From Tubiluchus corallicola (taxonomy: Eukaryota > Animalia > Priapulida), in the NCBI GenBank assembly GCA_030141605.1, contig JAQGDQ010000032.1, positions 993,521 to 1,057,520 of the forward strand: 64,000 bases of DNA, written 5' to 3'. The notes under the pieces are model-generated. The model was not told the DNA's origin and did not search any database. It saw only the letters and a list, made by a program, of their open reading frames with translations. The translations under genes and the position numbers were made by a program. Positions 24,541-36,870 of the stretch are shown one piece after another (position 1 is the stretch's first letter; each line of letters opens with the position of its first letter).

Positions 24541-27500
24541 ATGTCAAATATTTTAGAATTATCAAATTTTTGTAAAATACAAGGAACGAATATTACAGTC
24601 ACAGTTGAAAGAGCAATTGACGATGTTCTTGTAGTGTCTTGTACAGTTCTCAACAAAATTTTCCGTGGAGTATTATTGGATTCTTCAAAAAAGTAGGCAT
24701 TGGACTATTTTACGTCGTCTCTACATTCAGATTAGGATAATTAGTACTTAATATTTATTTATTTCATCATCATTATATAAATCACAACCGTTTTACTTTT
24801 AATAGTATTGAAAAGGTTGCAGTAAGTAGAACCTGACTGTGCTGAAACTATTAACACTATAGTCTAAATTACTATTATACTATAGTATACTATAGTATAG
24901 TAAAAAAGTATTGGTTGACATACCAGACTCTTATTATTCACTTGAGCCATGTGGTAAAAGTTTACGTCAGGCTGCTAGGCCATACTCATTTTGTATAGGC
25001 CAAAAATTTGTACATGTGTCTGTACTATTGTAGTTTGCTTGCTTCTTGGTAAAATAAACTGAATTTAAAAAAACTTGGCCTAAACTTTTTAAGAATTAAA
25101 ATTATGATCATGTAGCTTCCTAGTGTTGTTTATCATGAATAACTATAATTTAATGAGTACAGTGTAGTGTATCCGAATGATGATAGTGTCTAGAGATGGC
25201 TTATTTGGAGCTATCAAGCAAGAAGAGGTAGAACGAATATCAACATTACTTATTGGCAATGTAATTACCACACTTTGATGCAGAAAGCCACTCATCAACG
25301 TTTTCCAAATACAGTAGGCTCCGCTTAATAGACTCAGTCACTTAATTGACTCAAATAACTCTGTATAATTGACTCAATATTAATGCTTCACATGATTCAA
25401 TAAGAAACTTTCCTGTGACTAATAAGCTTTTATATCATGTTATTTTACTTTTGTCCTATAATATGCATAGAAACAATCATGTTAAGACCGTTTTGTTTAT
25501 AAGCAGGAATGATTATCATAAGCTGATATACTAGCCTAATGGTTTGCTTTGACCAGCCTGTCCACTGCAATTAACCTCCTTACCCAAACATTCCTGGAAG
25601 CTAAACATTTAATTACTTGCTTAGTGGTTCGCTTTTGAAGCTCTTAACTATCTTTCCCAGAAAGTTTAATCAGTTAGATGTTGCTGTTATGCCAGGGACG
25701 CTGGTGCAGTACAATAAGTACGTCACAATATCGAGCGGGAGCTTAGGCAAAATTACAGACAAAGCTACTTGCGGGGAAACACGGGCACCACCAACAGTTT
25801 AAGCACGCCAAGCGCTAAATGTTTTACGAACATACGTGCTTCATACAACAACAGATTTTCAAAGTTTTTATCATTATGAGAACTTTGTGAGCCAACTTCT
25901 TTGCGGTGAAATCAAGCAGCTGACTTTGAAGGAATTTTTGTAATTATTGCAAATAAACAGACTTGTATGATTTAGAACAGTATAATTATTAATTTATTGC
26001 TAAGTCACTTATATAAATTAATATTTTGAAATAACTGCACAATGGAATTTAGGCATTACTTTGTTTCTAAAATTCATTAAAAACCTTTGCACCTGCATAG
26101 TAAGCTGATGACTCACACTTCTATACCAGTAGCCCATTAGTTAATAGGTTCAGTCCCAAAGTTAAGCACTGCCTACTGTAGAAGGTAATCCCAAAAATTT
26201 GCAACAACACTGCCAGTCTGCACTTTTCCTCTTATCACAGAACCAAACTTAATCGTAATGAAAGTAACCATTAACATGACTCCTTTAAAACATAAATTGT
26301 GTGTAAAACCGTACTTATCAACCAGGCCATCCACTCCCTCTCCATATCATGCCAGTGATAACTTTGACAAGTCTGACAGCAGTTGCAGTGGCACTCCTAT
26401 TGATGCCACTGTTTGACATACTGCTTCTTCCTGACGGAACAGCAGGAAAGTCTCTTATCTGGGTTTTGTTACAACGGTAATGTCGTGCCAACAAGTTATC
26501 AGACCTCCATCTTTTATAATTTTATAATATTATTCATGATTTTATCTTTTCTGAAAATCCTGCTTTTGTCTGTCTCACACAAAGTTAAATTAAAATATTA
26601 GTGATATTACAGACACCATGATTTGTCCATCATCTTATGATATTGTAAAGATGGTAGGCAAAATGTTTTCCCTCAGGCTAATAGGGGTGGCATTACTATA
26701 ATGTTGAAGTCCAATCTCTGCTGAGTACCACTGCTTAGTTTTGATATAAAGCCAAATTTGTTGGAATCATATTGCATACTCCCCATCCACAGACCGTAAC
26801 AATAGTGTGTGTATATAGATCCTACAATCCTGATCCTACAATCCTGATTATTTTTCAACTTTCGATGTACCAGTGATTTTTGTTCTTAGTGAAATTGGCC
26901 ATTTAATTCAGTTTTGCATAACTAGTGGTCTCATAAGCTATGCTGACTTTAACTTATCTAGCCTTGTATGGCCTGACCCAGTACGGTATAAGACACTAAA
27001 CTCCGATTTGTTAGAATTTTTTATGATAACATGGAATTCCCTACCAGGCTTCAAAATTTTCTCAACTTATTTATGCCAAACTCGTCCTGAAAAAAATGAA
27101 TTTATGTGTGTGGTCAAGTCTGGTTTTTTGAGCAGTGATCATGACTGGAGTGTTCTTGTCCTCATTGAACTTGAATATGAATATCAAGTTAATCGACCTT
27201 AATCGAGAGATTATAACAGAACCTCCTTATCCCACATTAGAGAATTTGCTGGGGTGGGAAAAAATCCCATTCTTTGTGAGTCTATTGGCAAATTGCTCTT
27301 CATATCATCTCCATAAGGGAAGATGCCAAACTCCAATATTACTGGTTCCTGGAATTTCTTCTTGAATGTATATAATGAAGTCATTGATAAATTTGCCCTT
27401 TTAAAGTGAACAGCTCGCAAACAACGTAATTTTCCTCAGCGCTTTGGGAACATTGACAGTTTAGTTTTATAAGCTAAAACAAAGAAATGCTATATGCGGA

Positions 27501-30476
27501 GACTTGGGCAAAATTCCCATTTGTCTAACATTCAATCTGCACTCACCCAAGCATCATGGCTTAAAAAAGCTTCTATCATTTCTGCGAAAAGATGATATGA
27601 AGGCAATTTGCCAGTAGACTCACTAAGAATGGATTTTTTTTTCCACTACGTCAAACATTTCCTGATACCAGCCATTTATATAAGCAGTGTTGTAAATGAA
27701 CAATAACAAAACTATTACAGAGCCAGATGATGTTGTATAAACTATCAATGAACATTTTGTCTCCATTAATTCTGGACCTCTTAATATCCCAGCTCATGTC
27801 CCATCTAATGGTTGGAATGCTGGTAGTCTCAGCAATGTTGAGTTAACAGCACTCGATGTGTATTCAAAGCTGATCGCTTCCATGGTGTCATCTTGAAATC
27901 TTGTTCATTGCGATTAATTACCTCTGTTTTTGTTGTATTGCAAGTCATTCGATTTGTCATGTGTCCCTTAAAGTAGAATAGACTCCAATGTCACTCCTAA
28001 CTTTAAACAGTCCTCTGCATCTCTGTCTCTAATGTCAGTCATAGCTAAACGAATAGGGACCATTCTGTAAGATAAAGTATTCTGGCTTCTGATCAGGAGA
28101 TCAAATACGCAAAAACCAGCATGGCTCACTTCCCCAGAGATTAATAGCAACTAATCTACTTTCCTGTTTAAATAACTGCACACAGGAGAGAATGGTTTGA
28201 TGACCCTTCTCTGCCATGCATTGGTATTCTGTACCTTTATTTTGAAAGTGCGTTTGACTCAATGCCCCATCAATGTCTTTTGGTGAAGATGGAATAAGTA
28301 GGCATAAGAGGTATCCTACTCACATAGCTCCAGTACTTCTTGATGAACCACTGCCAAAGTGTAGGCTTGAATGGCATGACCTCAATCTGGAAATATATCC
28401 ACAGTGGCATAGCTGAAGGCACCCTCGGTATTTTCATCAATAACACTACCAACTGTATATCCGCCGGAATGTCATTAACTTTATACGTCGATGATTTGCA
28501 GCCCTACTATCTAACTGCGATAGGCCCATGCTAGAATTCGACCTCAACGACATTGAAAGTGGTGTGAAAAATGGCTATTGAGACTAAAAACAGGAGCCAT
28601 CTTTTTCTGCCGTGTCAAATTCCATATTATCTTAAGGACCGACCCAGTGAAGATAAATTGTCTATCAAAGATCTTGGCATCACAATAACAAACGACTTAA
28701 AGTAGAATGCTCTAATAAGCAATATCATTTAACAAGCAAACCAACATATCGGTATAATTTAATGTATCAATTATCCAGGAAAATAAGATAATTTTCTTTC
28801 CGTCCTCACAGACAGTTTCCATACACCTCTCTTCAAACTATTTATTTCTTTTTCACAAATCAGTATTATATCCCATTTTTACCTTCCATGTCGTTAACCC
28901 CTGGAACAATTTTCTAACATTGTTACACCATCTAACTAGTTTAGATCATGTTCAACTTTAGGTCCCTTGACTTTGAAAGATAAGAATTGAAAGGTAAGAA
29001 CGAAAACTCGGTATAGGTCACAAATACCTGGCAAAATACTGTGCTATTGTGCTGTTAATTGTGGCATATCTGGACAGTGGGTACAAATGTTACACATGTA
29101 CAACTTTAACGTTTTTCAGAAACTGGCCATATGGTATTGCAATGCAAAACATTGATAATATGAGTGGAGAAGCATGTACCAAACTCACAGGCTTTTGTGA
29201 AGGAAAAGATGCTGGACTCAGTATACTGAATTATAGAAATACTTACAACCAAGACTGTATTAAAGAAGAACAGAGGGAGCCTCTAAAAATAGGCACTTCA
29301 AAGAAAACTGTCCTGAAGGACAAAAATTTTCGTTCAAGACCAGTAAGACTGCGGCCACGACAAGTAGTATGTTCCAAATGTAAATCGATTTGTAATGAGA
29401 AATCGGAACATGTCGGAAGAGTGGAACCTAAACAAACTGCGTCAAAAGAAATCACAGCAGCTGGCAATAGTGATAATGATGATGATGATGATGTTGATGA
29501 TACAGCTTCACTGGCAGCTATAGATAATGTAGATGACCTAGAGTCAAAAAATCGGCTTAGTCCAATTATCAAAATATCGTTTAATAATCCAGAAGGTAAA
29601 GGAACTGTAGTGAAAATAGATCCTAAAAAAGGTGTATTCCATCGAAGTGTATCAATGGGTGATTTGAAACATTTAAACTCTACCGAAGCTCATATAAAAA
29701 TTAAAAAGGCGATAAAGAAGGCCAAACACCGACACAAACACAAGAGGAAAAAGCGCCATAAACATGACTTGTACCTGGAAAACAAAAATGTTGATAATGA
29801 TGTTAGTAGCGTTGTTTGCATGACAAAAGCTCGAGTTAATCTAAAGCGGCTGCCTGATAGCCAGCTTTCTACTTTTTCATCTGCAGCCCTAGGTGATGTG
29901 GGAAACTACAACAGCAGTGAGTCAGATGACGCTGAAGATATTAATGATGATTACGATGCCATTAACAATGATGACGATGTTAGCAACTCTAGTTATGATA
30001 GTTCCTTTTCATATCCATTATCATCAAGATCTTCAACAATGACTGAAGACAGTTTAGGGATATCTGAAAGAGGAGCTAGTGATTTTGATGAAGTTAAACG
30101 AGTTAAGCCGCTCATGATGCGCATTCAGTCACAGTCAGTGGGGAAATGTGTAACTCCAAATGGCAAAACAATGTCAGTGGGTGATATTGTGTGGGGAAAA
30201 ATTCGCGGTTGTCCCTGGTGGCCAGGTCGCATTTTAGCAATTAGTGAATCAGTGAGAGACAATGGAATGATTGTTAGGCAGCAAGCACATGTCGCTTGGT
30301 TTGCATCTACAACCAGTTCCAATATGTCTTGTTCAGAAATTGTTGCATTCCTGGACAATTTTAATCATCGCTTTAACAAGAAAAAGAAGGGTGCTTATAA
30401 GGATGCTGTTAGACAAGCAACAATGGCGGCACAAAGTAATCTGAGTCATTTAACTGTAGTTGATGGTGTTTCCTAG
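24541..30476 (+). CDS. PWWP2A: PWWP domain-containing protein 2 (PWWP2A/2B-like), ~502 aa, 2 coding exons
   Basis: Exon 1 24541-24692 (GTNITVTVERAIDDVLVVSCTVLNKIFRGVLLDSSK, matching the PWWP2 N-terminal VTLDHIIEDALVVSF..KLFSGVLMDLSK), missed by the ORF track, splices in phase 2 to 29120-30476 (NWPYGI; RLRPRQVVCSKCK; IIKISF.NPEGKGTVVKI; PWWP domain VGDIVWGKIRGCPWWPGRI..AHVAWF..RFNKKKKGAYKDAV). Likely co-orthologue of 2A and 2B. Confidence 0.92.
25312..26178. mobile_element. pogo/Tigger-like non-autonomous DNA transposon in the PWWP2 intron
   Basis: TA|cagtaggctccgcttaa ... ttaagcactgcctactg|TA: imperfect TIRs with TA target duplication. Confidence 0.65.
26300..28770 (+). mobile_element. Heavily decayed CR1-like LINE (endonuclease and RT remnants, partly inverted)
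   Basis: Remnants ADFNL and SDH (APE endonuclease), and YLYFESAFDSMPHQCLLVK, VGLNG.TS.W..IHSGIAEGT, LYVDD, KDLGITITNDLK (RT). Many stops and frameshifts; boundaries approximate. Confidence 0.75.
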
Positions 30477-30680
30477 CATATTTTCATGCTAGATTCTTCA
30501 TAGCCCTTGTCAGGTATATATTGAAGTTTGGTTATCATACATTACTGCTAAGTACTACTGCTAGATATTGAGTGTGCATATTTTTATGCTAGATTCTTCA
30601 TAGCCCTTGTCAGGTATATATTGAAGTTTGGTTATCATACATTACTGCTAAGTACTACTGCTAGATATTGAGTGTGCATA
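30476..30680. repeat. Near-perfect 100-bp tandem duplication at the start of the PWWP2 3' UTR
   Basis: 30476-30575 and 30576-30675 are identical except c30485/t30585, plus a gcata microhomology. Confidence 0.95.
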
Positions 30681-31451
30681 CGTGCACTATATATATATAT
30701 ATAAGGAGAGAGAGAAAGACTGTATCAAACTTGTACATCTGCAGTATAAATTTGCTAGAACATGTTATTTAATCCAATTATGAAGGCCTCATTTCTTTCA
30801 TGCTTCTTAGGCCAGCTTTTTTCTTCTTACTAAATCTTTCTTCTCTTTGTGCTATTCGTGGAAAACCTCTAAGTACTGTGTTTTAAGTTAAACAAACTGA
30901 AATCCCGAAATTCTTCTTTTCATGACTTAATAGGCTTTTTTTATTTGTATAGTGCCAGATGAGCTTGAATCTGTACACTACTTTAACTTTTCCTCAGAGT
31001 TTTTGTTTTCAAAAAATTTAAAAATCACCAATGAACTGCAGAGTGCACTATGTCAGCAGTTGTAGAAAAGTCTGGCCACTCTCAAAATAGATAGGCTATG
31101 TAAATGTAAAGAATTCTGTTTGTTCATTGGTGGGTTTAGCATTAGCAGAAATACTGTGGCTGTAGAGGTCTGAAAAAGTAAGAGCAACAGTTATTCACAC
31201 ATCAGTTGATGTGTTTTGTGTCATCCTCTTTGTAAAAGATCAATAAGTATTTTGAGCAGATCTGCAGCACCTCTGTCAGTTCTTCTTGGTGCTAGATAAA
31301 TGCTGCGCTTTTAATGCATAACATTCTGCAAACATTAATATCTGCTTGACTCGAAGCATCGAACCCTGAAGACAACAACATCAGTCAGCGTGTCTGCTTG
31401 GTAAAATATAGGGCAGCTCTTCTCCTATCAACATACCGCTAGTTGCTTTAA

Positions 31452-31754
31452 CCCTTTGTGGTAGTGTGTAATATTCTAATGTCAAATTTTTCCCAGTTTC
31501 ACGTCATTTCTTGCTAAGTTTTATAAACATAAGTCCAGTGATTCTAAAAAGTTCTTAACACCTAGAGAATGACATTTTTCTACATGCACGTTTGAGGCCA
31601 ACATAATGACTTAAAACTCACATACATAGTCAATCATATCGTATAAGCCATATAAATATTATTTTCATAATGACTTCGAAGCTAGTAAGTTAGTCATTTT
31701 TTAAAAGTTGACACAACTGCAGGTGACGCGAGCCTCATGCGAGTGTGTAAAGGG
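31452..31754. mobile_element. piggyBac-like MITE remnant
   Basis: TTAA|cccttt at the left end and aaaggg at the right. The right TTAA is absent and is replaced by another element. Confidence 0.4.
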
Positions 31755-33226
31755 ACAGGCCATTTGAGCGCGGCCATTTCAAGGTGCTGTACATGGGCAC
31801 GAGGCATTTGGGGCCAGTGCTAATGCATGACGTGCTGCTACGCGACTCCATCATGCAAGAACTGTATCATTATTTCTGTGTAGCGCTGCAAATCACATTG
31901 CTTATAGTAGGCTAAAATTATGGAAAACTGCGTCCACTGAGTAACCTTTAAAACATTTGAAGTTTTTGTAAAAAAAGAAATAATTGTTTTTCTGGGTGTG
32001 ATCATATAATTATAACTGGAAATGACTATAATCCACTTAGCATGTGTAAAGCAGTGCTGAATGCATATATTACATGTATCACCCATTTTGTAAAATACAC
32101 TGCAAAAAACTACAATTATAGTTGTTAAGATCTTGATGTTGATAATCTTACATGTAAGCATTTGGAGCATTAATTGATCTGGTTGATTTCAAGTGGATAG
32201 TTACCGTATATACTCGCATATAAGCCTACATCGCATATAAGCCGACCCCCTAAAGGTGCTTTAAAATGGCCAGTTTTTGCAAAAACCCGTATATAAGCCG
32301 ACCATCAACTTGTCGAATTTTACTCCATACCCAATCAACAAAATTGATCCCTTTTTGTCACATTTTGTTAATTGGGTATTTTTGGTTCATAGAAATTTTT
32401 TACTATAAAGATGTAAAATGCTTACTTTTATGTTACATACTAGAAGAAATTATACATTGGGTGACACACAACCAAATAAAGAGTCAGATAGCGATGAAAA
32501 TGTGTGGCTGGAAAATTGGCATTAGTGTCTGTCCTTGTGTTCATTTTGTTTCATGCGCATATAAGCCGACCCCCTGATTTCAGTATTGTATTTTATAGTT
32601 CTAAATTCGGCTTATATGCGAGTATATACGGTAGTATAGACAACTAAACAATGCACTACACATTTATTTCTTCTAAAGCACATCAAACTAACGCTCAATG
32701 AATATAACATTATGATATAATATTAGTTGAATTGCTGCAGTAATGCTAAATTTTGTTGAGAAAAGATCTTTTTGTTATGTAGAGTTTTCTGTTACGTACT
32801 GTTTTTGTGTAGCATTAGGTATTTAATGCAGTTGCCGTCATTTTGACAAAATACTAGTCTAAACTTCCAGTGTTTTCTTCTGCTTCATTAATTTTATAGT
32901 CAACACATTTAATACCAAAAGTGGAAAACCAGCAAGTGCAAAGTCGAAAGTTTAATTTAGTTACAGCACATATTACTGCATATGTTAAATTTACTGAAGT
33001 GATCTTTAAAAAATATGTGTAGTATGTTTTATACGTAATTTATACACTGAGTTGAGAGATAATATATTCTAAGAGTTAAAAAAAATAGTGAAACATTGAA
33101 AGTTTAATAAATAAAAATCAAAAAAATTAGGTACATTAATTAGTAACCAAATGTCTCGTGCCCATCTGTCCCAGCATTCAAATGTTCCATGCCTGATGTG
33201 TCCCATACCCAAACACCACGTACCCA
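31752..33226. mobile_element. Foldback-like DNA element with repetitive inverted ends
   Basis: gggcacgaggcatttgg (~31795) is the reverse complement (1 mismatch) of ccaaatgtctcgtgccc (~33147). Both ends carry degenerate ~15-bp cattt/aaatg repeats. Confidence 0.55.
32204..32631. mobile_element. Tc1/mariner superfamily (Tc2-like) MITE
   Basis: Perfect 23-bp TIR ccgtatatactcgcatataagcc / ggcttatatgcgagtatatacgg flanked by TA on both sides. Internal tataagccgacc repeats. Confidence 0.9.
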
Positions 33227-36200
33227 TACATAAGGTTTGACTTTTAACACAATATTTTTATTCGATTATTATCTCTATATGCTTTGTTCTGGAAATTAAG
33301 CAATTCACTGCCATTTTTGACAGCTAATTCTTTCAACGTCGCCTAATTTAAAAAAAAATAGCATTCCTCTAGAATGTTCCATTCTTCACTTCTTGTTGCA
33401 GTCTGTCATGTGTTTGCTTACCTTTCCTGCATACAAATTCTTTATGGACAGTCAGTGACAGTCTGCCAGCACATCTTCAAATATGTATTTTGCTAATTCA
33501 TCCATTTTGCTATTCTTGTGTGAATTGAAAATCAGCCACTTCTTATTTAGAAGTGAATTAGTAGCAAATTATGGCCTTTGTGCCCATTGTTTGATTTTCC
33601 ACTTTATCATTTTAATCTAGATGTCATCGTAGAATCACAAAAAATGTCACTCGAAATAAAGAGAATGTAACTATCCCTATGTGCTGTGCACTTTGGGTAA
33701 TATTATCCTCATTTATATATTTTTACCTGGCTTACATATTGCATATCTCATTTCAGGTAGCACCGAATACTGAATCTCTGCACCTTTTGGCTGCTTCTGC
33801 TTCTCTGACAACATGTTGGCTGTTTATTAGACATTTATTTAATTTCCATGTCGTGCTGTGATACCATGTAATTCATGACAATTCCATTTTCTTCACTGCA
33901 AGAAGATACGGAGCATATAAAATGAAGTTGGAGGTAAACACAAAATGTGGTATTAAAACGAATCCATTGTCTATGATTTAATTATTTATGAGCCTTACTT
34001 GAGAATGATGTCTCATGGTATATGGCCACTCCAGACAAAATTGGTACATGCTTAAGTACCCTAGTAAAAGTGAAGTTTTTTGCTATGTAGAACAGTGCAA
34101 CTTGAAGTCATTTCTGCATTATTATTATTAGTAGCAGTCCTTTTCAACTATGAGTACCAGTCGACCATACCACTTAAGTCTGCCAATAGTAAAACGTATC
34201 TATCATTTTTAAGTCTTTGAATGTGATGTTTTAATGTTGTGTGTTTAATGTACTAGGTGTGGTCCCTTGTGCTTTTCTGCAACTGTTATTCTAATAAAAT
34301 AACAGGCCCGTGCCTGCACATCTCATTCATAATGCATTGAGACTCGCACAGCTAAAAATACTGAAGGAAATAGCAAATTGGAAATTTGAGACTCCTTCGC
34401 ATTGGTTATTATCATTTATTTGTCCAAGTCGCAGGTGTATTTCCATTATGTACAACATTACGTACATAAAATGTCATATGGTGTTAATGTATTACATTAC
34501 ATTTCGTTAGCAAAACGAAATGGAGGGCAGAAATTATGAATCTACTACCATTTTGTTGCAATTTTTGTAAAACAAGTTCCACTATTATGTGCTAGTCCTG
34601 CAAACCTTTGTCTAGAAAGTTGAGTCTACAATGTTCCTCCTTTCCTTCTGGTTTCCTCTATTTTGCTGTTTATTCTGCTTTTTCCCCATCTCCAAAACTT
34701 GAGAATGAAGTAAGTGCCTTGGACCCGAGTTTAGCGCGTTTTTGCACAATTATTATGTGATAAATTTTGCATTCCATTTTCTGATATGTTTAGAAGACAG
34801 TAGATTAATATTACCCTAACACAATCTTTAAATTAATGTAAGTACATTTGTATTGGGAATTATCTGCTTGAACTTGCTTTCATAGCATCCTTGCTGTTCA
34901 TTTCCCCATAGTCAATGTTGCTTTTGAAATATGAAGATTGCTATTTCACAGTTACTATTTTGGGTAAGGCATAACTACAGCTACTACTGCTGCTGCTGCT
35001 GCTAGTCTGCAGTGTCTTTCTTAATCAGCTTTTATTGATTTGTTCTTGGACTGGCTATATATATGTGTATGCGCTCTGTTCTACTGTACAAGATTAACTT
35101 CCTTCATTATTCGGCTTAATTGTGCTTTTATCTTATAATAGAAAAAAGTGATGTTGCACCAATTCAAAATGGAAATGTTTCAAGTTAGCGATGAAATTTA
35201 ATGCCATTTTATGAGAGAAATTAATTCATTAGATAGGTCACGTACGTGTCATTTTAAATCGTTTTTTGCTTATTATGGCTCTCAAAAAAGTCAGTTCATA
35301 TTTTCTTCCGATGGGGAACCTGAAAAATCTTACTCTTTAAGTTTGCCATTTTGTCACAGTGAAATTTTGATAGATAGTGAAATGTAGATAGAACAAAGAT
35401 CATCTGAGGAAAAAAATTATAATCATTTTCCTCAAATATGACAGTAGCTGAAGTGAAATGCATCTGTTACAGGCAATGTGTAAAATTCAAGACAATTTAT
35501 AAAGTTCCTAGGCATTTCATATAACATTCATGCATTTCAGGAAAAGTGTGAAATAAATCTTTTTGCCGCGACTCTCACATAAAGCCTAGCCATTTTGTAT
35601 AATAGTTAAGATTTACATAAACTATGGAAATTGAGTTTGAATGTGTAAAACGAACATGAATTATGAATTATAAATTATGAATATATACTTTAGAATCAAA
35701 CTTTTATTAAGTATTTTATACATTACCTAGGCATTGTATGAAAGTTTTTGCTAACTATCTTGCAGCTGCTATGAGTATTATCTAGTTGTGAATGCCTCGG
35801 AGAGTAACTCTTGAAACTTCTCACAGGGAATAGAGAAGACAGTGTCAGCTTACACTTACTGTCGGAGAGTAATATGCAGCAAGTTCTACTCTCTAGTCTG
35901 AACATGCTTGCAAGCTACTTGGAGAGTTAACATTAACAATTGAAAACTCTCTAGTCTGAACATGTCGTTACCTACCGTCCTAAGCTAAGTTGGTGGTTGG
36001 TGTAAAGTCGCCATCTCAACATGCTGCTCAGTCAGGTTGATCACCTTCAATGTCCTAGAAGCACGACGGCGAATTCATTAGAGTTCTTAGGAACAATTTT
36101 TTTCCTAAACTTGTTTGTGCACAGGGACGTTTTCAGTTTTATTAAGGCTGCTTTCGTAAAAATCTTCTTAAATTTTTTTGCAATTTTGCTCGAGGCTTAG

Positions 36201-36814
36201 AGCTTAAATGCAATTTTGCATGTTGTGCACAGTTTAAATAGCTATGATTGACTGGTGTTGTCATGGAAGAAGAAGAGATTAATAATAGAAATATTATGTG
36301 TAGAGAACGAATTTTTCGCAATAGATTAAAATTAGACCTTTTAATGAAAGCAATTTACAAATTATAGCCAGCATAGCAGGCCATATGGCCTACATCTCTG
36401 TCTCCGTCGCAGTTCGCCTGTCCATCTACCTTTTTGTCTATCTATCCATGTATTTATCTGTCATACAACCAACCAACAGATTTCAAATTCACGCATTCCC
36501 TAAAATAAAATTGCCATTATTTAAAATGCCTAGGAAAAGTATGTTCAGAATCTAAGAATTACACACTTTTTGCTTGAACAAACTTGCATTATATATAATG
36601 CCTAGGAAAAGTGTAGAAGGAATTATTTTAGCCACTGTACCTGTGTTGTTTTGGTACTCTGTAAAATGCCCATCCATTCTATAGAATACCCGATTTCACG
36701 CATTGTTTGTAACACGTCTATACTGTTATAGTTGGGTAAGACATTGTGTTGAAAACACTTTTGTCAAGCATTAATTGGCCACTGGACTAGATAAATTGTC
36801 ATAGTGTGTACTTA

Positions 36815-36870
36815 CGTAAAATTGAGCTGTGTAGAGCCTGATCAGTAATTGGATGGGTGACTGCCTGTAA
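36815..36870 (+). mobile_element. 5S rRNA-derived SINE remnant
   Basis: gagcctgatcagtaattggatgggtgactgcc resembles 5S gggcctggttagtacttggatgggagaccgcc. Confidence 0.55.

Noticed and set aside
29049-29119. ORF-track N-terminus of the PWWP protein
   Set aside because: Intronic read-through. The acceptor at 29118-29119 joins a conserved exon at 24541-24692.
31355-31400. ctgaaga/ctgatga motifs as hammerhead ribozyme cores (also near 26105, 43120, 51872)
   Set aside because: No stem II followed by GAAA and no closing stems could be built by eye.
36815-36870. Possible 5S rRNA gene (also 17420-17480)
   Set aside because: Only a diverged ~50-nt internal portion is present, consistent with SINE remnants.
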